DNA of 64,000 nt, from positions 7,020 to 71,019 of the forward strand of contig JBBRSS010000002.1 in assembly GCA_038245115.1 (NCBI GenBank), read 5' to 3'. The DNA comes from Candidatus Saccharimonadia bacterium. Lineage in GTDB: Bacteria; Patescibacteriota; Saccharimonadia; UBA4664. This document shows, one piece after another, positions 41,587 through 50,188 of the stretch. The stretch's first letter is position 1, and the number at the start of each line of letters is the position of its first letter. The notes under the pieces were generated by a model. That model did not search any database and had not been told where the DNA came from. It saw only the letters and a list, made by a program, of their open reading frames with translations. The position numbers and the translations under genes are program-made.

Positions 41587-43371
41587 ATGAAAACCAAGCT
41601 TATCCTCATCCTCACGTTCTCACTAGCCGTTATCTCCGTGGCGTTTTTGCCGCATCTCGCTCGCGCCGGGGTTAATAACTTCACCTTCACAACTTTCGAG
41701 GGCGATTACTACCTGTCGCGCGACGCCAATCACGTTTCCCACCTGCGAGTCCACGAACACTTAGTGGCGCAGTTCCCCGATAGCGATCAAAATCACGGCA
41801 TTCTGCGAGCCATACCTCGGGCCTATGGCAAACACGACATCAATCTGCGTGTTCAATCTGTTACCAACAATGCCGGCGGCACCCTTAACTACACCTCCAG
41901 CACCCAAAACAACAACCTGGTGCTCAAAATTGGCGATGCCAACACCTACGTTCATGGCCAGCAAACCTATAATATCGACTACACCCTCGACAATGCCACT
42001 GTAACAAACGCCGGCTACGACGGCCTCTTCTGGGACATTAACGGCGACCAATGGAGTCAACCCTTTGATAGCGTCATCGCCCGCTTCCACCTAGCCGGTG
42101 ACCTCGCTTCCACGATCAATCCCACCGGCACACGCTGCTTTACCGGTGGTGCCGGCTCGCAAACTCAAAACTGCCTCTCATCCACTACCGCCGCCGATAG
42201 TCCCGAAACTCAAATAACCTTCGCCACCACCCGCGGCCTCGAGGCCAACGAGACCCTCACCACTGAACTACGCTTCGCTGCCGGTACCTTCGCTGCCTAC
42301 AAAATGCCGGCCGCTGAGCTCATTAAGCTCCTGGCCGCCATCTTGTTCTTGTACATTCTGCCCGCTATTGCGAGCCTATGGTTCGTAGTTCGTAGATGGC
42401 GCAAATCCGGCCGCGATGCCAAGGGCAGTCCGGTTATTATTGCCCAATATCTCCCGCCCAAAGACCTCAGCGTTTTGGGCTGCAGCGGCCTTTTGCACGA
42501 AAAATTCGACCCCAAAGCCATTTCTGCCCAAATTGTCGACCTAGCCGTACGCCATTACTTCAAGATCTACGAAACCACCAAAAAAGTTCTGTTCATCGAA
42601 AACTCCAGCTATGAAGTAGAGCTCATCCGCGACACTACCGACCTGCGTGCCGAGGAAAAAGCCGTGGTAACCATGCTTTTTGGCGTCAACTCACCCCTCA
42701 ATCAACGCGTCAATCTCGACAGTCTCAAAAACAAGCTCTACACCGAAGCCACCACCCTGGGCGAACAAATAATGCAGCGGCTTACCAAAGCCAGCTACTT
42801 CCGCGGTAACCCCGTAATGGCCGAAACTCCCTTTGCCATCAGTGGCATAATTTTTGTAGCCGTACTCCTCGGGATAATATACGTCGCCCATCTGTCCTGG
42901 TACTTCGCCGGAGCCGCCATAATACCCAGCCTTATACTGCTCATCGGGGCACTCATTATGCCCGCCCGCACTCAGATCGGCGTCGACACCCGTGACTACC
43001 TTCTCGGCCTCAAGCTGTACATGAAAATGGCCGAAGCCGACCGCATCAAGATGCTCCAAAGCCCTCATGGTGAGCTAACGGAAAAAGTCGATGTCAATGA
43101 TACCACCCATCTCGTCAAACTCTACGAACGCCTCCTGCCCTACGCCATGCTGTTTGGCATCGAAAAAGACTGGGCCAAAGAATTTGCTGGACTCTACCAG
43201 CAACCTCCCGATTGGTATTCTGGCTCAGCCGCTTTCAACGCCGGCTACTTTGCCGGTGCCATTTCGGGTTTTTCCGCCCAATCCAACTCCAGCTTCACCC
43301 CACCATCCAGCTCATCCGGCGGCGGTTTCGCCGGCGGCGGTGGGGGCGGCGGCGGGGGCGGCGGCTGGTAG
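41587..43371 (+). CDS. DUF2207 family membrane protein
   Basis: HGI.R.IP, W...G..W, I.A.IVDLAVR, LPYA.LFG....W, GGGGGGGW C-terminus. Confidence 0.9.
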   Translation: MKTKLILILTFSLAVISVAFLPHLARAGVNNFTFTTFEGDYYLSRDANHVSHLRVHEHLVAQFPDSDQNHGILRAIPRAYGKHDINLRVQSVTNNAGGTLNYTSSTQNNNLVLKIGDANTYVHGQQTYNIDYTLDNATVTNAGYDGLFWDINGDQWSQPFDSVIARFHLAGDLASTINPTGTRCFTGGAGSQTQNCLSSTTAADSPETQITFATTRGLEANETLTTELRFAAGTFAAYKMPAAELIKLLAAILFLYILPAIASLWFVVRRWRKSGRDAKGSPVIIAQYLPPKDLSVLGCSGLLHEKFDPKAISAQIVDLAVRHYFKIYETTKKVLFIENSSYEVELIRDTTDLRAEEKAVVTMLFGVNSPLNQRVNLDSLKNKLYTEATTLGEQIMQRLTKASYFRGNPVMAETPFAISGIIFVAVLLGIIYVAHLSWYFAGAAIIPSLILLIGALIMPARTQIGVDTRDYLLGLKLYMKMAEADRIKMLQSPHGELTEKVDVNDTTHLVKLYERLLPYAMLFGIEKDWAKEFAGLYQQPPDWYSGSAAFNAGYFAGAISGFSAQSNSSFTPPSSSSGGGFAGGGGGGGGGGGW

Positions 43372-43538
43372 TCACCCGGATAAGCTCAAGCATCATCCAA
43401 CATTTCCCCCAATAACAAACCAAAAGTTAGGAACATTGCCATTCCCAACCACGCACAAATCCCATAGTATTATGCTTGTGCTTCTCGCCAAATATGTTCA
43501 TGTTCCGACCGTTATTTAGCTTACTGATGCGTCAAAAC

Positions 43539-43743
43539 CGCACCAACCGCTAGCACCTTCGCTCTAAATTCTTTTTGCGAGGGGCACAACAACAAAACTT
43601 AACGCGGCTGCCTTCTGCGGCCGCGTTCGCGTTGGCGTACCTGTCACCAATCCCTTGCCAAGCCCATCGACAAATGCTACAACCAGATCAGGTAGTTGTG
43701 AGCGTGGAGCCTATTTTGAGTACAGCAGGTATCATTAGGTGCG
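43539..43743 (+). ncRNA. Candidate orphan structured RNA
   Basis: Nested stems CGCACC/GGTGCG, CCTTCGC/GCGAGGG, AACGCGGCTGC/GCGGCCGCGTT, TACCTGT/GCAGGTA; followed by a terminator. Confidence 0.45.
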
Positions 43744-43756
43744 AACACTATCGAAC

Positions 43757-43780
43757 AAACGGGCCTCTGGGCCCGTTTTT
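43757..43780 (+). terminator. Intrinsic terminator
   Basis: AAACGGGCC-TCTG-GGCCCGTTTTT. Confidence 0.85.
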
Positions 43781-43919
43781 CTGATTATTATCCTCGACAA
43801 AACCTCCCTCGCTACCAGATATGCCGATGTGCTAATATTTACTCCTGTCAACCTACGTAATTGGTAGCTCTTCGCAGTGCAATATCTTCCCCGGACCAGC
43901 TAGCGAATTGGAGATTTCA

Positions 43920-44489
43920 ATGTACCTGCCTCCAAGCCCACGCCCCACCCAAGTTCTTGCCATGGAAATCTACCGCGCATGCGACTTTAGCACCGCGCAG
44001 ATCGAATCACACTTCGACCTGGAAGATGCGGTCATCACGCAAATTGCCGGCCGCACCAACGCCTTTCTGTGCCAGCTCGCAGAGGCTTACACCGGCAAGC
44101 ATCTGTTCCCGGGCCCCTCCGTTCGGGACTACTCCGACTGGATTCAGGGCATCATGGCCCAGATCCTGATCACGGAAATGCGTCACATCATCGGGACCGC
44201 ACCCAGATACGGCAAGCTTTATTCGAGCCCGGCATGGGTATTCCTGGGCGGCGACCTGCGTCACCCCACGGACTGTTCCTTCCCCAACTCGAGATCGGAT
44301 CCAAAGTCGCGCGACTATGTCGAGTACTGGGGACGCTGCGATGACACCGAAGTCGTAGTGGTCTACGGCCCCGCCAAGTACAACATCATCCCTTGTCACG
44401 TCACCGACGACCACCCCGGCATTCACGCTGTTGAAGCATTTCGGCGCCTCCACCAAGTGTGGAATCTCGCCACCGCCCGCACTACCTAG
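43920..44489 (+). CDS. Hypothetical protein
   Basis: GGAG RBS, ~190 aa. Confidence 0.6.
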   Translation: MYLPPSPRPTQVLAMEIYRACDFSTAQIESHFDLEDAVITQIAGRTNAFLCQLAEAYTGKHLFPGPSVRDYSDWIQGIMAQILITEMRHIIGTAPRYGKLYSSPAWVFLGGDLRHPTDCSFPNSRSDPKSRDYVEYWGRCDDTEVVVVYGPAKYNIIPCHVTDDHPGIHAVEAFRRLHQVWNLATARTT

Positions 44490-44506
44490 CCGCTCGGAGA
44501 ACAAAC

Positions 44507-44815
44507 ATGACACACAAGAAGACTAAAGCCGGTGTTATTGCGGTTACTGGCTCGCTCGTCCTCCTGGCCGTCTGGAAGACCGACGAGAAATTCAACAAGT
44601 CGAAAGGTGGCGCCTGGTTCATCGACGAGCTCATTCAGTTCAAAACCGTCAACACCGAGGTCGCCAAGAAATGGCTGCGTCGCACTCCCTTAGTGGAGCA
44701 GCCGGAAGACGCCGACAAACAGATCGACGAAGTAGTCGAGGAAGGCATCGAACGGGGACTCCTGCGCCGCATCAAGCGTATCCGGTCCAGGCAACCTCCC
44801 GCCCCTCCGGCGTAA
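44507..44815 (+). CDS. Hypothetical protein
   Basis: GGAG RBS; followed by a 14-bp hairpin at 44829-44861. Confidence 0.6.
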   Translation: MTHKKTKAGVIAVTGSLVLLAVWKTDEKFNKSKGGAWFIDELIQFKTVNTEVAKKWLRRTPLVEQPEDADKQIDEVVEEGIERGLLRRIKRIRSRQPPAPPA

Positions 44816-45000
44816 AGCCATTTTCACTTCGGTACCGCGCCCATCCCGGGCGCGGTACCGAGCCGAAACTGAATGCTCAAACCCGCTTGAGCCATCAGCA
44901 TCGGTAACAACGTCAAAACATGACGAAGCCCCCGTCGCGCACAAAATTTGCACGCGTACGGGGGCATTTCGCCAGATCGTTTAGGCGGGAAAGTCGGGAC

Positions 45001-45465
45001 TCAGACGGTGTAAAGCCGGCGACGAATAAGCTCAGAGGGTTCCTTACCGGGAGCACAAATCCGCGCAATTGCGGCTTCAATTACCCCGTGCAGGCGAGCG
45101 ACGTTATGAGAATGAGCCCCTAAATAATTCTTAGGGCTTGGCGCCAGCTGGTAGAACACCACACCCGTCAGGACCGTCATCGAAACAATGGTCTTGACGA
45201 GTATGAGTTTTTCCGCCAACTTCTCAAGTGCCGTCACCATTTCCGGCGTGAAGCTCTCACCCACAGGTGCTAAGCTCCCGCATGGCGGTTCGCCGTGACC
45301 AGACGCCAAAATCTTGTGTTCAAGGCGATCCACCTTCTTCTTCTTCGGTTCGGTGCCGACATTCTCGGCAACCACCGCGGCATCTGCGGTCGCGACGGTC
45401 GCGACCTCCCGCGGAGCAGCACCCCGTCGGCGGGACGGGGAAACCAATAGTTCTGTTGCAGTCAT
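45001..45465 (-). CDS. Hypothetical protein
   Basis: AGGAGG RBS; TTGACT-17-TATAAT promoter (45562-45534). Confidence 0.65.
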   Translation of the reverse strand: MTATELLVSPSRRRGAAPREVATVATADAAVVAENVGTEPKKKKVDRLEHKILASGHGEPPCGSLAPVGESFTPEMVTALEKLAEKLILVKTIVSMTVLTGVVFYQLAPSPKNYLGAHSHNVARLHGVIEAAIARICAPGKEPSELIRRRLYTV

Positions 45466-45615
45466 CCTGCCTCCTTGTCAAAGTGCCGTCAAACGATCTG
45501 ACGGTGCCGGTAATGTTACTCTACCAACGCCTCATTATACCGCTAGTGGTTGTTTTAGTCAAGATTCGATTAAGGACGCTGTTGACATAATTACTAAACA
45601 TAAACTCGCTTGATA

Positions 45616-45644
45616 TTGACAAAACCAAGCACAAGGACTACAAT
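45616..45644 (+). promoter_or_regulatory. Near-consensus sigma70 promoter
   Basis: TTGACA-17 nt-TACAAT. Confidence 0.75.
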
Positions 45645-45776
45645 AGCGGATCGTCGCCAAGCGATGATCCTTGAAACAGTGAGATAGCCTAACCGGATTC
45701 CGTGCCCGCAAGCAAACTTGTTGACACAAAACCCGGTTAGGGATCAGCCCCGACCCCAAGCGCTGGGAGGCGCAAA

Positions 45777-46133
45777 ATGTCAATTTCAGATGTCACGCGC
45801 GATGTCACACCAAGCAGCACTCGGACCAACACCAAGGAGCTTGCGGCCAGTTCGGACTCCCGCCCGGAGGGTGACCTCATCACGCTTCTCCCCGAGCTGA
45901 TCGCGCGCCTGAATGAGCTCAAGGCCAATGGCATTCCGTATTGGAATGCCGGTATCCCTGGCACTGTGGCCTTCAGGTTTGGGTCGTGGCCACACCACCT
46001 GCTGGTCCAGGTTCTCCAACCCGGCGCCACCAACCGTGGAGCTCTGGCCGAATACGTGAGCTATGCGCCAACACCTGCCGGCAAGAACTGGCTGGAAGCC
46101 AGTTACCAGGTGGGGTGCTCGATCGCCGTGTAA
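45777..46133 (+). CDS. Hypothetical protein
   Basis: GGAGG RBS, promoter and structured leader upstream, hairpin 46158-46200 downstream. Confidence 0.6.
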   Translation: MSISDVTRDVTPSSTRTNTKELAASSDSRPEGDLITLLPELIARLNELKANGIPYWNAGIPGTVAFRFGSWPHHLLVQVLQPGATNRGALAEYVSYAPTPAGKNWLEASYQVGCSIAV

Positions 46134-46472
46134 GGCACACCCCGTCTGAGCTCACATTGTATCCGGCGGACAGACCGCAGGGTCACGTCCGCCGGATACA
46201 CCTCCAAATCCATCTCACTGTTTCTACTTCAGCCCCATCTACGAGCAATACCGACGATGGGGTTTTTGCTTACCTATTTGAGCGATAATATCGATTCAAT
46301 ACTTGGAAAACGGACAACCAAACCGGCACTTAAGCCGGTCCGGTTGTCTATATTGCCACCGTTCGTTCAGATCCCAAGAGGGGGAGCCGAAGCCAGAGTA
46401 AGACATTCGAGTAAATCAACCCAGCAAGCTTACTATTTACAAATAACCATAACCTGTTATAGTACATACATT

Positions 46473-46595
46473 ATGAATCGATATTACCCGAGTCAAATCA
46501 CGACCTCGACCAGCCGCCTGTATACCGGCGGAGTTGTTATTGCTGGGTTTTCTATGCGAAAGACCAGCTCGGGCGTATCGGATCTACTTATCTAA
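46473..46595 (+). CDS. Putative 40-aa leader peptide (MNRYYPSQITTST...) with attenuator
   Basis: Extended -10 TGTTATAGT just upstream; terminator-like hairpin at 46622-46646 lies between it and the MFS gene. Confidence 0.4.
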   Translation: MNRYYPSQITTSTSRLYTGGVVIAGFSMRKTSSGVSDLLI

Positions 46596-46741
46596 CTAAC
46601 GATAAAATTTTAGGTCATGGTGCGTCTCCTATACGGAGGCGTTTTTCGTACAACGTACTTCGTATATGAGCCGTACCGGGGCTTTGGAATATTTCCAAGT
46701 ACCCATAGGTTGTCATATCAATTAATGGAAAGGGACCAGAC

Positions 46742-47914
46742 ATGGATAAGCACGTGGATAACGCCAAGTGGCTGATCTGCTTCGCGCCGTTTCGGGCGCT
46801 GTCGATCAGCGCGGCCTACCTAACGCCATTCTTTTTGCAAAAAGGCCTCAGCCTGTCCGAGATATTTCTATTGCAATCGATCTTTTCCCTGGCAGTTTTG
46901 CTCTGGGAGATCCCTAGCGGATATATCGCCGATAGGATTGGCCGGGCTTTTAGCATTAAGATCAGCGCGCCAGTTGCCGCTGCAGCTATGATTGCCTACG
47001 GTCTTAGTGGGCAGTTCTGGCAGTTCATAATCTGCGAGCTGGTACTGGCGCTGGCCTACGGTCTGTATAGCGGCATCGATAAGGCGCTGTTATACGACTC
47101 GCTGTTGGCCCAGAACCGCGAAGACGACTACACGAAGCTGCTTCAGCGCATGAAGTCAGCGGAGTTTGCCAGTACCGCCGTGGGCGTGCCGCTAGCGATT
47201 GCACTAGTGTACTTTGTGAGTATCAGCGCCACGCTGGTGGCCGACGGTCTGCTCACTTTGGTAGGTATGATCTTCGCGCTTAAGCTGGTGGAAGCGCCCC
47301 GCTCCAATGGCAGTACTGAAGCCATGCGGTTAAGTGCCTGGCATGCTGTTCGGCAGCTGGGAGGCAATGCCCATGCAAGGTGGCTGATAGTACTCTTCGC
47401 CTCGCTCAATACTGCGACCTACATCGCGGCTTGGCTCTCGGCGCCGTACTACTCAGATATGGGTATTCCGGTTGTGCTGTTTAGTGCGATCCTGGCTATC
47501 CGCAGTCTATGGAAGGCCTGGTTGTCGCATAAGTATCACCAGACTCGGCGTATCCAGCGCAATATGATGATGTATGCCGCGTTGGCTGGGCTTGTGTATG
47601 TAGGCATGTCCACCGGGCAACTCTGGTTGGCGTGGGTGGTGTTGGGCCACGACATGGTCCAAGCCTTGCAGGAAGCGCCGATAATGGCGCAGCTCAACAG
47701 TTACATCGAGCACGAGTACCGGGCCACTATCAACAGCGTGTTCAATCTGGTTAATCGGCTAGCGTTCATGATCGCCGGCCCGCTAGTCGGGTTGGTGGTG
47801 GACCGCGGCGGACTCAAGATGGGTTTGGTCAGCACGGGACTAGTTTGCAGCTCACTGGCCTTCGTGGCCGTGGCACGCCTCCACAGCATGCGCACCTTCG
47901 AGGATAAAATATGA
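46742..47914 (+). CDS. MFS transporter
   Basis: WEIPSGYIADRIGR, SG...ALLYDSL, RATI.S; ~12 TM. Confidence 0.9.
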   Translation: MDKHVDNAKWLICFAPFRALSISAAYLTPFFLQKGLSLSEIFLLQSIFSLAVLLWEIPSGYIADRIGRAFSIKISAPVAAAAMIAYGLSGQFWQFIICELVLALAYGLYSGIDKALLYDSLLAQNREDDYTKLLQRMKSAEFASTAVGVPLAIALVYFVSISATLVADGLLTLVGMIFALKLVEAPRSNGSTEAMRLSAWHAVRQLGGNAHARWLIVLFASLNTATYIAAWLSAPYYSDMGIPVVLFSAILAIRSLWKAWLSHKYHQTRRIQRNMMMYAALAGLVYVGMSTGQLWLAWVVLGHDMVQALQEAPIMAQLNSYIEHEYRATINSVFNLVNRLAFMIAGPLVGLVVDRGGLKMGLVSTGLVCSSLAFVAVARLHSMRTFEDKI

Positions 47915-47964
47915 CAGCCGCCCCAGGGATAATAATTATCTCTGGGGCATCCTCGTGTTGCCTC

Positions 47965-48525
47965 CTATAGCGCTTCCAACTGGCCAACCAAATCGGCGAG
48001 CTCAATAACTAACTTATTATCGGGAATCTTTTCCTCCATCAGCGCCAGTGAAGCGCGGTACCACCATTTTTGCTCGTCTTTACCGGCGTTGAAGCGACCC
48101 CACAAACTATCACCGATTTCTTGATGATCAGCCAAGGTTGATCTGAGGTTATGAATTTTGTCGGCCGCACACACAATAAATGCTGCCAGATTGTCGGCGC
48201 TTTTGAGGTTTTTCAGATAAGCTTCGTTGCGTTTGCGCCAATCGGAAATTGTTTCATCCTTCGACACGGCGCTGACTATGGCTGTGACTTCAGGGCCGAA
48301 ATCGCCCGTCATTTCCAGCTCGCCGTACAGATCGGTATCGCCGTCTTCCAGCACGTCGTGCAGCAGGCAGGCGCAGAGCGTATCTTCGTCTTGCGTGACC
48401 TCGCCGGCAATGAGCATTACCGAAACCGGGTGCACAATGCAGGGAATCGCCGTTCCCTTGCGCTTTTGCGATAAATGGGTGGCTACAGCCACTTCTAGGG
48501 CTAACTCGAGTTTGGTCTTGTACAT
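47965..48525 (-). CDS. Stand-alone HD-domain protein, SpoT/MESH1 (small alarmone hydrolase)-like
   Basis: H..QKRK....I.HP, LLHDVLED, V..VSKD, ADK.HNL. Confidence 0.88.
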   Translation of the reverse strand: MYKTKLELALEVAVATHLSQKRKGTAIPCIVHPVSVMLIAGEVTQDEDTLCACLLHDVLEDGDTDLYGELEMTGDFGPEVTAIVSAVSKDETISDWRKRNEAYLKNLKSADNLAAFIVCAADKIHNLRSTLADHQEIGDSLWGRFNAGKDEQKWWYRASLALMEEKIPDNKLVIELADLVGQLEAL

Positions 48526-48800
48526 AAAATTCCTTCCTTGGGCATAAATATGGCGGCCAACTCTTTATGTAATAGCCGCATCGGTATTCATATATACGTC
48601 GATATTACCCGAACCAAATCACGACTTCAACCAACTCGGGCGTATCGATGTCGAGCCGTTGTTTGCCCGGCTCACCTGGCTAACCGTTCTATTCCTAAAA
48701 CCTCAAACTGATATTTGAAAACTTGGGACTAGCTCGGAATCCGCGCGAGCGCAGATTCCGAGAGGCAGCAAGGTGCTGCCGTTTGGTTTGATCGAGACCC

Positions 48801-49523
48801 CTAGGCGTCGCTCTTTACGGACTGGCGCTGATACTGCAGTTCGACCTTACCCGTAGTACCGTCGGGCTGCCAGACCGAGACAATCCGCTTCTCAGCCACA
48901 AGCTGTTGCAGAGCCTTGTAGAGATCGGCGGAATGCAGGGCAATGTCGGGCCACCCCAGCACATGGATAAGCTCATTGCCCGAGATCGGCTTTGTGCTTG
49001 ACGAACTCAGTACCACTTTGCACACGCGCTCCTTGAAGCCCTTGTTGACGGGGCGAACCGCCGCCTCGGGGAACTTGCTTGCCAGCAAATCTTGCTGCCA
49101 GTCGGCACTGCGCGGGTCGCAATGACGGCGAAGTCGTACCGGTGCGTCGCACCTAGGGTGAAATTCCCGGATGACAGCGACAATCTTCGGTAGCAAAAAC
49201 TGCCACTCGAACATCGACGCCACCTCCACCGAGAAGTAGTCTGGACGAACGTCCACGCTGACCACGCCCGGGATTGCGAGAACCCGAGAAATGATATTCG
49301 TACCGATCCTGGTGAGCCCCTTGCAGCTTGAGCTGGGTGGATTCAGCGACAAGGGGTAGGCGCCGGGGAGCATGAGCTCTATGTCCGAAAGATGAAACCA
49401 TAGAGTCTCGCTGCTCCCACCCGTTGAGCGGACCGATATCGCACCCTCCGATCGACGTTCCTCGATAAGTAGACGTACAAAGATAAGTAGACGCACAATG
49501 AATCCAAACGGCTGACGAGCCAT
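48801..49523 (-). CDS. Hypothetical protein with Nfu_N-like segment and C-terminal winged-HTH-like segment
   Basis: L.IPGV.SV....DY.SV......W..L.PKI; TTGACA-17-TATAAT promoter (49601-49573); GGAGG RBS. Confidence 0.6.
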   Translation of the reverse strand: MARQPFGFIVRLLIFVRLLIEERRSEGAISVRSTGGSSETLWFHLSDIELMLPGAYPLSLNPPSSSCKGLTRIGTNIISRVLAIPGVVSVDVRPDYFSVEVASMFEWQFLLPKIVAVIREFHPRCDAPVRLRRHCDPRSADWQQDLLASKFPEAAVRPVNKGFKERVCKVVLSSSSTKPISGNELIHVLGWPDIALHSADLYKALQQLVAEKRIVSVWQPDGTTGKVELQYQRQSVKSDA

Positions 49524-49688
49524 GGTTTCCCCTCCATTGATGAGCTCACATATTTCAAAGTCCGATTTTGGTATTATAATGCTAAACAAACCTTTTGTCA
49601 ACATTTGCAGGTCGGTGAATTTATGTCAAAAGATGCTGTGCCGCCCCGAAAAACCGGAGCGGCACATGTGCACGAAGCGAACGGTGAG

Positions 49689-50120
49689 TCAATCGATCAT
49701 CACCTCTGCAATAACTTCGACCGTGACCCGAAACTCCATACCCCTCGCCTCAATGATGTAACTGCCATCAGGCAAGATCTGGATTGGGCCCTCGCCCTCG
49801 AAGAAGATGTTGTACGCCACGATCCCGACAGAGGAAGCAGCGTTGGTAATGTAGCGCGGACTATCCTCAAACACAACGCGGATGTCTTCGCATTCATTCT
49901 CAATAACGTCGCCCACGTTGACTCGGGCTCCGTTAAGCAGGTCCACAAACGGCCACATCGCGCGAACAGGCGGGAACGGACTGTGCACCTGCATATTGCG
50001 GATGTTAATGACATACAGGACGTCAATCACCTCGGTCATATCAACTCCAATGTTCGCTTCGGGCTGATCCCAAAGACCGACACGATAGTCCCACATCTGC
50101 GCGGTGATTACACTCGTCAT
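49689..50120 (-). CDS. Hypothetical protein
   Basis: Fills the gap divergently from the DUF2779 gene; start uncertain. Confidence 0.5.
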   Translation of the reverse strand: MTSVITAQMWDYRVGLWDQPEANIGVDMTEVIDVLYVINIRNMQVHSPFPPVRAMWPFVDLLNGARVNVGDVIENECEDIRVVFEDSPRYITNAASSVGIVAYNIFFEGEGPIQILPDGSYIIEARGMEFRVTVEVIAEVMID

Positions 50121-50188
50121 TAATCCAATCGACAAATAATTACTGCGTCGCCCCTCAGTCTGCATGATCATCGAGTACAATGGAATAT

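Noticed and set aside
43575-43784. tmRNA-like tag reading (…AAAFALA) / 69-aa ORF
   Set aside because: No stop after ALA and no tRNA-like ends or T-arm; the ORF lacks an RBS and runs through the terminator.
45720-45745. ACAAAACCCGGTTA resembling the RNase P RNA 3' conserved region
   Set aside because: No matching GAGGAAAGTCC region upstream; it is one arm of a local hairpin.
46158-46200. Enterobacterial REP-like palindrome
   Set aside because: Single copy in the window and no RAYT gene; the similarity is limited to a short core.
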